DNA from: Eubacteriales bacterium
Lineage (GTDB): Bacteria; Bacillota; Clostridia; Oscillospirales; CAG-272
Direction: 5' to 3'
Length of the DNA: 64,000 bases
Assembly: GCA_045587025.1 (NCBI GenBank)
Contig: JAZNBK010000059.1
Location: 20 to 64,019 of the forward strand
Part shown: piece after piece, positions 1 through 11,592 of the stretch
Layout: the number at the start of each line of letters is the position of its first letter
Position numbering within the stretch: the stretch's first letter is position 1
Program-made: the position numbers and the translations under genes
Notes under the pieces: model-generated
Told to the model about the DNA's origin: nothing
Databases searched by the model: none
What the model saw: only the letters and a program-made list of their open reading frames with translations

Positions 1-149
1 GCCAAGCATACTACACGCCCAAAGGGCATATCGCATTGAAGATATATCGCACGCAGCGCGCGTATATCACAAATCCCGCGAGGGATTTATATCGCTGCGT
101 AGTGCCCTTAAGGACACTACGCTAAATTCTTCGTCTTTTTGTTTTTTAA

Positions 150-815
150 TCAGAAGAACACGCCCTTCGCCTTTTCCTTGATTTCGGCAGAGGCAATGAA
201 CGGAATTCTCGTCGTGTATCCGTTTTTCGCCGCCACTATCATCTTCGTGGGCCATGCAAAAATATCTCTGTTCCATTCGTTTACCGTATCGTTATACAGC
301 TCTCTTGCAGCGGTGATTTCTCTTTGCAGATACATATTCTGCTGCATTGCGTCTGCTATCTGGTCGTGCGCCTCGAGGTCGGGGTAGTTTTCAAAAGCAA
401 CGTTTACGCTCGTCTGAAGCTTATCGAGCTGGCTCGAAACCTCGTTTCTGTTCTCGTCTGCCGCAGGGGTTCCTGCACGGTAACGGGCGATATTCTCAAA
501 GGTGCTCTTGTCAAGGTCCATCGCCTTATCAAGAAGCTTTGCGCAGTTCTGCAAGACGACTACTCTTTGTTCGAGATAGTTATCTATTTGAGATGCGTTT
601 CTCTGGATTTTCTGCTCGAGCTGCTGGAAATAATTCTTCGCCTTGACCTTCATAAACAGAAAGACAAGACCGGGGATGATGCCCAAGAGCCAAAGGACTA
701 TCTCAAAAATCGTAGAGCCAACGCCCACCTTTACGGGAATTTTCTTGGCTATAACGTTCGTGTCCAAGCCCTCTTCTCTTACTTCGGGGTTCAATTCGTC
801 GAGTTGGTTTGCCAT
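150..815 (-). CDS. lemA: LemA family membrane protein (221 aa)
   Basis: ORF 150..1049 trimmed to the internal ATG at 813-815 (MANQLDEL...), which follows AAAAGGAGAAAAATT. The longer version would overlap the upstream gene. One N-terminal TM (IVLWLLGIIPGLVFLF) precedes a LemA-type helical domain ending ...AARELYNDTVNEWNRDIFAWPTKMIVAAKNGY. Confidence 0.8.
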   Translation of the reverse strand: MANQLDELNPEVREEGLDTNVIAKKIPVKVGVGSTIFEIVLWLLGIIPGLVFLFMKVKAKNYFQQLEQKIQRNASQIDNYLEQRVVVLQNCAKLLDKAMDLDKSTFENIARYRAGTPAADENRNEVSSQLDKLQTSVNVAFENYPDLEAHDQIADAMQQNMYLQREITAARELYNDTVNEWNRDIFAWPTKMIVAAKNGYTTRIPFIASAEIKEKAKGVFF

Positions 816-843
816 AATTTTTCTCCTTTTGTTTATATTATTT

Positions 844-2550
844 TTAATATTCAAAATGTTTTGCAACAAGTCCGTGATATACCGCCCTGTCGCCTTTTTC
901 TTCTTTTCCTCTCGCTTTATCATTCCTGCCCACCTCGATATACGACGTGCGCGCGTTCGGTATGTATTCGGTCCAGGGAACAGGAACCATATGGACTTTG
1001 CCGTCTCCGCCGTAAACGGGGACAAAGTCGGTCCTCGGGAACGCTTCATACGAGTAGCCGGTCATTTCAACAGTATCGGTCTCGCCTATCCTCTTTACTC
1101 CGCGCGCCTTCAGAATCGCCCTCGTCGCGCTTCCCGGCGCTACAAACAGTCCTTGCTCCATTCGGTTTGCAAGCGTCTCGTATTCGTGTATAGTATAGTT
1201 TACATCATATTCTTTTAGCGGCTCTAACGATTTAACCGGCTTTTCCTGATACATAGGAATTGCGAGCAGAGGCGCAAAATCGAAAAATACGCTTTTAAAG
1301 TATTCCTCGTTTATCGTTTTGAACTTTGCTTCTATTTCCTCAAAATCAAAGGAATAATAGCTTTTCGCCGCGCTATCCATATTCCACGTCTGCGCATGGT
1401 CAGAGTGTATAACGTTCGTCCTCTTTTGCTTATAGAAATCAAAGTCATCTCCATAGCCGACCTCGGAGCGCATAAGGTCTACCATATTGTTCTGCGCAAG
1501 CGGAGTGAACATCATACGGAACTCTACCTCATTGTCTCTGTTCAGAGCGTCAAAAAGAACGTCGAACTCGGCGTTCGTCATTTCGGTAAAGCCCCCGCCC
1601 TTTGAAAGCGCCTCCTGCGCCTTCTTCTTGAGCTTTCGCTCACCTTTCTTTACAATTCTTTCTATCTGTCTTTCGGATTTATCATCGTGATACAGGCCTT
1701 CTCTCGTAAAGGAGAGCGAGGGCGCGCCCTGCGGAAAATACTTCAGCACCGTGTCTTGATGATAGAAGGGCTTCGGCTTCACGACCGAGGCGTGCAGGGT
1801 TTGCGTGCGAACTCTCGTTCTTGAATTTCCCTTGCTGTCTCTGTAATGCTCGGTCCAGGTAATCGTCAAGCTGCCGTAATAGGTCTCATCTCCCAAACGG
1901 TGTATCAGATGTCTTTCAAAGATAAAGGGATTGCCCTTATATTTGCCTGACAAAACGTCGACAACCGAACGATTTTCATTATACTCAGCCGAGTATCCGC
2001 ACAGCTCTCTTATCTCTCTCTCCCTTTCGGCAGAGAAGTGGTCGTCAAAATTAAGCTCGGGTAACGTTTTTTCTATTATATCTATCGTGTCTCTGTCGGT
2101 AAAAAGCGAATTGAGGGGAGCCATTTCCTCCCACGCCTGCGAAAGCAGCTCGTTCGCCTTCTTTTTTTCGCCGTCTATAAATTCCGAGAAATTCTTAATA
2201 TTTTTATTCAGCTTAGAAAAAATGAAAACTAACGGCAGAGCGACGGCTAAGATGCCAATCAAAATCAATGGTATATTCGGCGAAGAAATTCCGCCTATCG
2301 TCATAAAAACGCCAATAGCGCAAACGATAAACAGAAAAACTCTCAAAAGCTTTTTCAGGGAGAGCTTTTTTTGGAGCGCCTTAATTTCCTTTTCCTTTTG
2401 TCTATAACTCGCCACCGTCTTTTTGTTTTGCTCGACGTCTACTCCCGAGCGCTCTTTAAGCTCGCAAAAGAAGCTTTCGACGTTTTGTTTCTGCTTTTCT
2501 CGTCCCTCTTGCTCGTAATACTTTAATGGTTCAAGCAACAAACTACTCAT
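844..2550 (-). CDS. Membrane protein of unknown function, DUF3137-like (568 aa)
   Basis: Uninterrupted 568-aa ORF with an N-terminal coiled-coil and two TM helices (LLRVFLFIVCAIGVFMTIGGI, IPLILIGILAVALPLVFIF). The segment FTEMTNAEFDVLFDALNRDNEVEFRMMFTPLAQNNMVDLM resembles, from memory, the DUF3137 motif (F..lF.v.s.d..ear.llTP..m..l). Ends 28 nt upstream of lemA, so probably the same operon. Confidence 0.55.
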   Translation of the reverse strand: MSSLLLEPLKYYEQEGREKQKQNVESFFCELKERSGVDVEQNKKTVASYRQKEKEIKALQKKLSLKKLLRVFLFIVCAIGVFMTIGGISSPNIPLILIGILAVALPLVFIFSKLNKNIKNFSEFIDGEKKKANELLSQAWEEMAPLNSLFTDRDTIDIIEKTLPELNFDDHFSAEREREIRELCGYSAEYNENRSVVDVLSGKYKGNPFIFERHLIHRLGDETYYGSLTITWTEHYRDSKGNSRTRVRTQTLHASVVKPKPFYHQDTVLKYFPQGAPSLSFTREGLYHDDKSERQIERIVKKGERKLKKKAQEALSKGGGFTEMTNAEFDVLFDALNRDNEVEFRMMFTPLAQNNMVDLMRSEVGYGDDFDFYKQKRTNVIHSDHAQTWNMDSAAKSYYSFDFEEIEAKFKTINEEYFKSVFFDFAPLLAIPMYQEKPVKSLEPLKEYDVNYTIHEYETLANRMEQGLFVAPGSATRAILKARGVKRIGETDTVEMTGYSYEAFPRTDFVPVYGGDGKVHMVPVPWTEYIPNARTSYIEVGRNDKARGKEEKGDRAVYHGLVAKHFEY

Positions 2551-2606
2551 AGTTTCTCCGTAGGTTTTTTATTTTTGTTTCGACACATTTCTTGCTTTCT
2601 ACTTTG

Positions 2607-2635
2607 AATATACCATATTTTCTGCCCTTTGTCAA
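2607..2635 (-). promoter_or_regulatory. Sigma-A type promoter for the 844..2550/lemA operon
   Basis: Minus strand reads TTGACA, a 17-nt spacer, then TGgTATATT (extended -10), about 55 nt upstream of the 2550 start. Confidence 0.55.
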
Positions 2636-2738
2636 CATAGCCCCTTTTTTATTTTATGCAATTTTTCGTTTTTCGTTCCTTTGTTTTAAAAAGAAAAGCC
2701 CGTCACGCCGCAAGGCAATGACAAGCTTTATAATTCTT

Positions 2739-3623
2739 TTATTCCTCTTTTGATATAGCAACAGAAATGATGAAATCCTCTTTATTGTATGACGCCTTGT
2801 AGGCGGTCACCTCTGCGTCAAGCGTGGCCGTCTTGCCGACGGCAGAGAAGCCCTCGCCCGTCAGTTTTATAAGCGCTTCCTTTTCCGTCCATAGCTCCGC
2901 AAAGGAAAAAGCAAACTTTTCTTTACATTCGTTCGAGATTTCCATCTCCCCGCTCTCGCAAAAGAAGCGCCGTGAAATGCTTTTCAAGCGGCTGTACTCG
3001 CCGTCGGAAAGTCCTTTTTTTACTCGCTCGATATCGACGCCTATCTCACCTTTTTCCTCTTTTTCCAAAAAGGCGCAGCAAACCAGACCTTCACAATGCG
3101 AGATTGAAAAGGAAAGCGATTTTTCCTTAAAATAGGGCTTTCCCCGTTCCCCTCGCTCGAAGTCGGGCGGCGGGGAATTATAATTTCGCTTCCAAAAATC
3201 CATTAAAAGCGCGACGGCGCCAAATCGGCGCGCCTTCGCCTCCTCGTTTTTCGGTTCTGCGATATAGTTTTTATAAAAAAACGGAAAGCTATCCACCACT
3301 TCGCCTATATTTTTTGCATTTTTCGGAATAATTTCTCCACAGCTCGCCGTTTTGCAGTCGATTTCGCAGTTTATTTCTCCGCTTTCTTCTTCGTTTTGCG
3401 CAAGTTCACCGCTTGCGGCGGAAAAACTCTCTTCTTTTTGTCTGTTTTTCTCTTTTTGTGGGGGGCGTTGTCTTGTTTTTTCGGTTTTTTTCTCTTTTAT
3501 ACACTCGAAGGGAAGCGCAAAGCCCGAAAAAAGCCCCTCGGTTTTTATTTCAAACAGAGTTTTCCCCTCATAAATTTGCTCTAAAAGAGGATAAACGTTC
3601 GCTATATTAACAAAAGCTTTCAT
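2739..3623 (-). CDS. 4'-phosphopantetheinyl transferase, Sfp type (294 aa)
   Basis: C-terminal half has the PPTase motifs FSISHCEGLV, GVDIE and WTEKEALIKLTGEG. The N-terminal half contains a K/E/Q-rich low-complexity insert (KEKKTEKTRQRPPQKEKNRQKEE...). Confidence 0.75.
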   Translation of the reverse strand: MKAFVNIANVYPLLEQIYEGKTLFEIKTEGLFSGFALPFECIKEKKTEKTRQRPPQKEKNRQKEESFSAASGELAQNEEESGEINCEIDCKTASCGEIIPKNAKNIGEVVDSFPFFYKNYIAEPKNEEAKARRFGAVALLMDFWKRNYNSPPPDFERGERGKPYFKEKSLSFSISHCEGLVCCAFLEKEEKGEIGVDIERVKKGLSDGEYSRLKSISRRFFCESGEMEISNECKEKFAFSFAELWTEKEALIKLTGEGFSAVGKTATLDAEVTAYKASYNKEDFIISVAISKEE

Positions 3624-3635
3624 TTTTCGTCTATA

Positions 3636-5351
3636 TTACAAATTCATTATTACCGGCAAAATCATCGGCTTGCGCTTCGTTTTGTTGTAAAGCGCAGCGG
3701 AGAGCGCATCTCTTACTGCGTTCTTCAGCTCGGTCCAGTCGCGGACGCCGTCGTCAAGCACGGTAATGATAGTCCTCTGCGCCAATTTTCGAATTTCTTC
3801 GATGAGCGCTTCCGACTCGCGAACGTAAACGAACCCTCTCGACACGACCTCGGGACCGGAAATGAGAAGCCCTTCCTGTATATCGACGGTAGCAACCACG
3901 ACTATAAGTCCGTCCTGAGAGAGAAGCCGACGGTCTCTTAACACTATGTTTCCTACGTCGCCAACGCCGGCGCCGTCTACCAGCACCTTGCCCGCAGTGA
4001 CGCTTCCGTTCCATTTGGCAGATTTTTTGTCAAGCTCGAGGACCATTCCGTTTTCGCCTATAAAAATATCCTTGGGAGAAATTCCCATAAATTCGGCAAT
4101 TTCTTTATGCGCGTAAAGATGCTTTATCTCTCCGTGAATAGGCATAAAGAATTTCGGGCGCACGAGGGCGAGCATCAGCTTCAGCTCCTCGCTGCAGGCG
4201 TGCCCCGACACGTGAACGTCGGCTATCGAGTCGTTTACCACCTTAATTCCGCTCTTGGTCAGAGCGTTTACTATCTTTCCTACCAGCTTTTCGTTGCCCG
4301 GGATAGGGCTGGAGCTTAAAACTACCAAGTCCTTTGCGCCGAGCTTCACCTTATCGTGCTCGGAGAACGCCATTCTGTAGAGGGCGGACATCGGCTCGCC
4401 CTGACTTCCCGTAGTTATAAGCGTCAGGTTTTCGTGATTATATTTTCTTATCTCCTTGATATCTATAATAGCGCCTGCGGGGGCTTTTATATAATCGAGC
4501 TCGGTCGCCGCGCCCACCACGTTAAGCATACTTCTTCCTATAATAGCAATTTTTCTTCCGTGCTTTACGCTGGCGTCTACTATCTGCTGAACTCTGTGAA
4601 CGTTTGAGGAAAAGGTCGCTATTATAATTCGCTTTTCCTTATTGTTTGCAAATATTGAGTCAAGGGATTTTCCTACCGTTCTTTCGGAGGGGGTATAGCC
4701 CACTCTTTCTGCGTTCGTGGACTCGCCGAGCATCAAAAGGACGCCCTCGTTTCCTATCTCGCCTATTCTCGTGACGTCCATCATTTTTCCGTCTATCGGA
4801 GAGACGTCGAGCTTGAAATCTCCCGTGTGGAATATTACGCCCGCAGGAGTTTTTATCGCTATCGCGCAGGCGTCGGCTATCGAATGGTTCACCCGAACAA
4901 ACTCCGCCTTGAAAACTCCTAAATTTACAACGTCTCCCGCCATAACGGTACGCAGGTCGGGCGTGTTCGGAAGTCGGTATTCCTCTAATTTTCTCTTTAA
5001 AATTCCCATAGTCAGCGCCGTTGCGTATATCGGAACGTTTATACTGCGCAAAACGAAGGGAAGCGCGCCTATATGGTCCTCGTGCCCGTGCGTGAGCAAA
5101 ATTCCGTGGATTTTGTTTGCGTTCTTTTCAAGATAAGAGATATCGGGAATTACCAAATCAATTCCGAGCATCTCGTCGTCAGGGAAGGCGAGGCCGCAAT
5201 CTATTATAACGATATGCTCCTCGTATTCTATGACGGTGAGGTTTTTTCCTATCTCCTGAAGTCCGCCCAAAAGCATTACCTTTACTTTTGATTTTGATTT
5301 TGTTTTTGTTGTTTTTTCTTTTTGTGTTTTTGTCTTTTGTGTTTTTGCCAT
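3636..5351 (-). CDS. rnj: Ribonuclease J (571 aa)
   Basis: Metallo-beta-lactamase/beta-CASP motifs: LGGLQEIGKNLTVIEY, IIDCGLAFPDDEMLGIDLVIPDISYL, LTHGHEDHIGALPF. Start moved to the ATG at 5349-5351 (MAKTQKTK...), which follows GGAGAAAAGAGTTAAT. Confidence 0.9.
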   Translation of the reverse strand: MAKTQKTKTQKEKTTKTKSKSKVKVMLLGGLQEIGKNLTVIEYEEHIVIIDCGLAFPDDEMLGIDLVIPDISYLEKNANKIHGILLTHGHEDHIGALPFVLRSINVPIYATALTMGILKRKLEEYRLPNTPDLRTVMAGDVVNLGVFKAEFVRVNHSIADACAIAIKTPAGVIFHTGDFKLDVSPIDGKMMDVTRIGEIGNEGVLLMLGESTNAERVGYTPSERTVGKSLDSIFANNKEKRIIIATFSSNVHRVQQIVDASVKHGRKIAIIGRSMLNVVGAATELDYIKAPAGAIIDIKEIRKYNHENLTLITTGSQGEPMSALYRMAFSEHDKVKLGAKDLVVLSSSPIPGNEKLVGKIVNALTKSGIKVVNDSIADVHVSGHACSEELKLMLALVRPKFFMPIHGEIKHLYAHKEIAEFMGISPKDIFIGENGMVLELDKKSAKWNGSVTAGKVLVDGAGVGDVGNIVLRDRRLLSQDGLIVVVATVDIQEGLLISGPEVVSRGFVYVRESEALIEEIRKLAQRTIITVLDDGVRDWTELKNAVRDALSAALYNKTKRKPMILPVIMNL

Positions 5352-5535
5352 ATTAACTCTTTTCTCCGCAGGAAAAAGCCCCTTATATACGCCTGCGGCC
5401 GCATATAAGAGAAATATTGTTTTATCTGATTTTAAGTCAGGAATCTCCTGCCTGTCCAAACGTCCTGACGGCAGGTCAAACTTCCCATTTCGTCTTTCTT
5501 ATAAAAGACACTAAACGAACAAATACATTATAATT

Positions 5536-5564
5536 ATTATAGCACACCTATAAGCGATTTGCAA
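5536..5564 (-). promoter_or_regulatory. Sigma-A type promoter for rnj, giving a leader of about 180 nt
   Basis: Minus strand reads TTGCAA, a 17-nt spacer, then TGcTATAAT. Confidence 0.55.
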
Positions 5565-5592
5565 CAGTTTGTTTTTTTCTCCTCAATACGCC

Positions 5593-5874
5593 TTAAAAGC
5601 ACTCTAAAAAGGAAAAAAGCAGGTATAAGGGAAACGCCAGGACAGCGCCTGAAAGCAAAAACAGGATGCGAACGAAAAGCTCCCTTTTTCTCGTTCTTTT
5701 CCTTCTTTTTCTTATTGCGCATTCGCTTATAATTTTATTCGCCTCGGCGATTATATCCTTCTTTTCCTCGTTTTTTTCTTTCGCTCCCTCTTTCATTATA
5801 AAATAGACCTCTGAAAAATATTTACTGCCACGGCTCTTATATACTACCACTCGCTTTTCGCATCCCTTTACCAT
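5593..5874 (-). CDS. Small membrane-anchored protein, unknown function (93 aa)
   Basis: ORF with a GAGG SD 5 nt before the ATG. Soluble N-terminus (MVKGCEKRVVVYKSRGSKYFSEVYFIMKE), a basic stretch, then a C-terminal TM (ILFLLSGAVLAFPLYLLFSF). Family not recognised. Confidence 0.5.
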   Translation of the reverse strand: MVKGCEKRVVVYKSRGSKYFSEVYFIMKEGAKEKNEEKKDIIAEANKIISECAIRKRRKRTRKRELFVRILFLLSGAVLAFPLYLLFSFLECF

Positions 5875-5942
5875 AAAGACCTCGCATTTATATTATAATA
5901 TGTATACGGTTTCTCTATTATTTGGTAAAAAATAAAGAATTT

Positions 5943-5988
5943 ATGCAAAAGGAAAAGCCGAATTTGCAAAATTTCACAAATTCGGCTT
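5943..5988 (-). terminator. Rho-independent terminator after the 6013..6222 gene
   Basis: 11-bp stem AGCCGAATTTG/CAAATTCGGCT (5956-5966 and 5977-5987), followed on the minus strand by TTTCCTTTT. Confidence 0.6.
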
Positions 5989-6012
5989 AACCTACGCTAT
6001 TTTGTTTTTTTA

Positions 6013-6222
6013 TTAGTCGCCAAAGATTCCTTCCAAGCCGGAAGCTATATTGTCAAGGTCCTCGTAGCAGTCCTTGCAGTAATAAACTTCCTGTCCCAAG
6101 AACTCGTCCTTTTCATATCTTCCTACCTTTTCTTCTCCGCAAATATCGCACTCAAACTTTCCGCAAGAGCAAAGGGAAAGCATTGCGAGCAAGAGAACTG
6201 CCGCGCTTAAAAATTTTTTCAT
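6013..6222 (-). CDS. Small lipoprotein with CxxC...CxxC zinc-ribbon-like motif (69 aa)
   Basis: Signal peptide plus lipobox (LLLAMLSLCSCG). Mature part has CDICGEEK ... YCKDCYEDL (two CxxC pairs). Confidence 0.6.
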   Translation of the reverse strand: MKKFLSAAVLLLAMLSLCSCGKFECDICGEEKVGRYEKDEFLGQEVYYCKDCYEDLDNIASGLEGIFGD

Positions 6223-6256
6223 GTCTTTTTCTCCTTATGTAGTTTTTTATTTTGTT

Positions 6257-6661
6257 TTATTTTTTTCTTCTTCCGAAAATGCCGTTCAAGAGGCCAAAAC
6301 GTCCGCTTGACGCCTTCTTCTGAGGAGCTGCGGGAGCTTTTTCCTGCTTTACCTCTTCCTTTTTCTCCTCTGCCTTCGGCTCTTCCTTCTTTTCCTCTGC
6401 CTTCGGCTTTGCCTGTTCGGGCTTTTCTTCCTTCTTCTTCGGCTTCTTGTCGACAACTACCTCGTAGCTATCGTCCAAAAGATCGTCGATCTTAATTCCG
6501 AAAATCTTTTTGATTTCGATTAGCTTTTCTGCCTCCGGATAAGATACGCCGGACTCCCATTTGTAAACCGCCTGTCTTGAAACGCCGACAAGCTTTGCAA
6601 ATGTCTCCTGTGAATATCCGTTTGCCTTGCGAAGTTTAACAATTTTTTCGTTGTAGGTCAT
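6257..6661 (-). CDS. XRE-family HTH protein with K/E-rich tail (134 aa)
   Basis: N-terminal HTH_3 pattern (LRKANGYSQETFAKLVGVSRQAVYKWESGVSYPEAEKLIEIKKIF), then a PKKKEEKPEQAKPKAEEKKEEPKAEEKKEE low-complexity region. Confidence 0.75.
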   Translation of the reverse strand: MTYNEKIVKLRKANGYSQETFAKLVGVSRQAVYKWESGVSYPEAEKLIEIKKIFGIKIDDLLDDSYEVVVDKKPKKKEEKPEQAKPKAEEKKEEPKAEEKKEEVKQEKAPAAPQKKASSGRFGLLNGIFGRRKK

Positions 6662-6781
6662 AGTAAAAACTCCTTTTTGTTTTTGGCTTTTTTAGTTTTC
6701 TTTCACTAGGGGTTATATATCAAAGGGGTTGCTGTTAAAACCAGCTTTCGCCTGTTTTACCGTTTGAGGTATTTTTGATTT

Positions 6782-9337
6782 TTATTCCTCGTCCTTTTCC
6801 TCAGGCAAAGGCTCTCCGTCAAAGGATCCGGTTTCTATTTCCTTTTCTGCCTTCTCCTGTTCTTCGGCGAGCGCCTCTATTTCTTCTTCCTTTTCAACTC
6901 TTGCGAAATTGACTATCGAACAGCCCTCGTTCATTCTCATAGTGATTACGCCGCCTGCCGTTCTTGAATATATCGGAATACCTTCAACGGGAGTACGGAT
7001 TATAATTCCCTCGTTCGTAATTATCATGATATCGTCGCTTTCGCTTACCGTGGCAATAGACGCGAGCTTTCCTGTCTTTTCGCTTATCTTGTGACACGCA
7101 ACGCCCTTGCCGCCTCGGTTCTTCATTTCTCGGAAGTCCTCAAAGGAGGTTCTCTTTCCGTAGCCGCCCTCGGTTAAGGTGAGCAGATATTTGTCCTCCT
7201 CGATGATCGCAAGACCTACGACCTTATCGTCGTCCCTGAGGCGAATTCCGCGAACTCCGCGGGCAAGTCGTCCCATACATCTTACGTTATCCTCGTTGAA
7301 GCGGACTGCCATACCTTCACCGGATGCGACGAGAATGTCGGTGCCGCCCTTCGTATGACGGACGAAGAGAAGCTCGTCTCCCTCGTCGAGAGATATCGCT
7401 ATCTTTCCGCCTCTGCGCTGGTACTCGAAATCTGACAGAAGCGTTCGCTTCATTATACCATTTTTCGTCACCATTGTCAAATATTCGCCCTCGTTAAACT
7501 CGGCGACGGCTATAACCGCCGTAACCTTTTCGTTCTCCTCTAACTGAAGAATATTTACGAGGTTCGTTCCCTTCGCCGTGCGAGACGCCTCGGGTATTCT
7601 GTATACCTTCTTGGTATGAACCTTTCCTGTGTTCGTAAACATCATAAGGAATGAGTGGCTGTTTGCAACTATTACGTTGTCAACGAAGTCCTCCTCCTTG
7701 GTCGTCATACCGATAATACCCTTACCGCCTCTGCGTTGAGCCGAGTAGGTTGCGGCGGGCTGACGCTTGATATAACCGTCATTTGTAAACGTAACTATAC
7801 AGGTTTCTCTCTCTATAAGGTCCTCGTCGTCGATTTCCTCCGCTCTTTCGATAAGCGTGGTTCTTCGCTCGTCTGCGTAGCTTTTCTTAATTTCGATTAG
7901 GTCATCCTTTATTATCTGCATAATCTTGCCGTCGTCGGCTAAAATTCCTTGCAGCTCCTCGACTAACTCCTGCAATTTTGCGAGACGGTTTTCTATCTTC
8001 TGTCTTTCAAGACCGGAGAGACGGCCTATCGTCATTTCTACTATCGCCTGCGCCTGATAATCCGAGAGACCGAACCTTTCCATAAGCTTTTGCTTTGCGT
8101 CGGGAATGGATTCGCTCTTTTTAACTATCTCGATAATTTCATCAATATGAGCTATCGCTATCTTGTAGCCCTCGTAGATGTGCATTTCGTGGAGCGCCTT
8201 TTTCAGCTCGAATTCGGTTCTCTTACGGATAATTCCTCTTTGGAAGGAGATATAGTTGTCCAAAATCTGAGGCAAGCTCAGAAGCTTCGGCTCTCCGTTT
8301 ACGAGCGCTATCATATTTATAGCGCAGGTGTCCTGAAGCTGACTGTACTTATAGAGCTGATTTAAGATGACCTCGCCGTTAGCGTCTCTCCTGTAATCGA
8401 CCACAATTCTCATTCCTGCTCGTCCGGACTCGTCTCTCAGGCCTGTAATTCCGTCTATCTTCTTGTCGTTTACAAGCTTTCCTATGCTCTCAACGAGAAG
8501 TCCCTTTCTTACCTGAAAAGGAATTTCAGTAAAGATTATCTGCTTCTTTTCATCGTCTATATGCGCTTTTGCTCTGACGTAAACGCGGCCTCTTCCCGTG
8601 CTGTACGCATCGTAAATTCCCTTCGTGCCGTAAATTGTCGCATAGGTAGGAAAATCGGGGCCCTTTATATATTGCATCAATTCGAGCACGGTAGATTCGG
8701 GATTTTCCATACGGTAGATAATTCCGTCCACGACCTCGCCCAAGTTATGCGTCGGAATATTCGTCGCCATACCGACGGCGATACCTACCGATCCGTTCAC
8801 CAATAGATTGGGGAAGCGAGAGGTCAGAACTGTCGGCTCTTTTCGGCTGTTGTCGAAGTTCGGTATGAAATCAACCGTCTCCTTTTCTATATCAAGGAGC
8901 ATATAGTTCGCCATTTTTGCCATTCTCGCCTCGGTATATCGGTAAGCGGCGGCTCCGTCTCCGTCTACGTTACCGAAGTTTCCGTGTCCCTCGATAAGAG
9001 GATAGCGGAGCGAAAACGGCTGAGCCATTCTTACCATCGTCTCATATACGGCTGTGTCGCCGTGCGGATGATATCTACCGAGCACGTTACCGACGGTTGT
9101 CGCCGACTTTCGAAACGGCTTTTCATAGGTGAGACCGTCCTCGTACATAGCGTAGAGTATTCTTCTTTGTCCCGGCTTCAATCCATCTCGAACGTCGGGC
9201 AGAGCACGGCTCGTTATAACGCTCATGGAATATTCTATAAACGAGGTCTTGACCTCTTTTTCCATATTCCGTTCTTCAATTTTCTGATTGGGAAATTCAA
9301 TGCTTCCCTCAAAATGATTTAATTGCTTTTTACTCAT
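6782..9337 (-). CDS. gyrA: DNA gyrase subunit A (851 aa)
   Basis: [22 protein letters not shown], the active-site region [11 protein letters not shown], and C-terminal beta-pinwheel repeats. Sits directly downstream of gyrB. Confidence 0.97.
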   Translation of the reverse strand: MSKKQLNHFEGSIEFPNQKIEERNMEKEVKTSFIEYSMSVITSRALPDVRDGLKPGQRRILYAMYEDGLTYEKPFRKSATTVGNVLGRYHPHGDTAVYETMVRMAQPFSLRYPLIEGHGNFGNVDGDGAAAYRYTEARMAKMANYMLLDIEKETVDFIPNFDNSRKEPTVLTSRFPNLLVNGSVGIAVGMATNIPTHNLGEVVDGIIYRMENPESTVLELMQYIKGPDFPTYATIYGTKGIYDAYSTGRGRVYVRAKAHIDDEKKQIIFTEIPFQVRKGLLVESIGKLVNDKKIDGITGLRDESGRAGMRIVVDYRRDANGEVILNQLYKYSQLQDTCAINMIALVNGEPKLLSLPQILDNYISFQRGIIRKRTEFELKKALHEMHIYEGYKIAIAHIDEIIEIVKKSESIPDAKQKLMERFGLSDYQAQAIVEMTIGRLSGLERQKIENRLAKLQELVEELQGILADDGKIMQIIKDDLIEIKKSYADERRTTLIERAEEIDDEDLIERETCIVTFTNDGYIKRQPAATYSAQRRGGKGIIGMTTKEEDFVDNVIVANSHSFLMMFTNTGKVHTKKVYRIPEASRTAKGTNLVNILQLEENEKVTAVIAVAEFNEGEYLTMVTKNGIMKRTLLSDFEYQRRGGKIAISLDEGDELLFVRHTKGGTDILVASGEGMAVRFNEDNVRCMGRLARGVRGIRLRDDDKVVGLAIIEEDKYLLTLTEGGYGKRTSFEDFREMKNRGGKGVACHKISEKTGKLASIATVSESDDIMIITNEGIIIRTPVEGIPIYSRTAGGVITMRMNEGCSIVNFARVEKEEEIEALAEEQEKAEKEIETGSFDGEPLPEEKDEE

Positions 9338-9349
9338 TTTTTCACCTGA

Positions 9350-11272
<1,923 letters not shown>

Positions 11273-11319
11273 TTAATCCTCTTCCTATGAAATGTAAATA
11301 ATTATATACATATCTCTTG

Positions 11320-11592
11320 TTATAAAATTTCTTCTGCCTCGTTATCTATTCTAGCGTTAAGTCCGACAGCTGAAATTTTTGAAAGATAAATTTTATATTT
11401 TCCCTTTTCTTCTCCGTTCAAAAGAATGAAGGAGCGCGGAATATCGCTTTCCCCGTATAAGACCTTCTTCTTTTTTTGCATATCGGAGAGAAATTTTCTG
11501 CTGCTTATAGATACAGTCGCCGTATCCATATCGAAAATTCCTATTATATCCTTCTTTTTAACGGTCACTCCGTTACCTATATGAAGATACAT
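11320..11592 (-). CDS. remB: DUF370 / RemB-like protein (90 aa)
   Basis: MYLHIGNGVTVKKKDIIGIFDMDTATVS is DUF370-like. The position between recF and gyrB matches B. subtilis yaaB/remB. Overlaps the recF 3' end by 20 nt. Confidence 0.7.
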   Translation of the reverse strand: MYLHIGNGVTVKKKDIIGIFDMDTATVSISSRKFLSDMQKKKKVLYGESDIPRSFILLNGEEKGKYKIYLSKISAVGLNARIDNEAEEIL

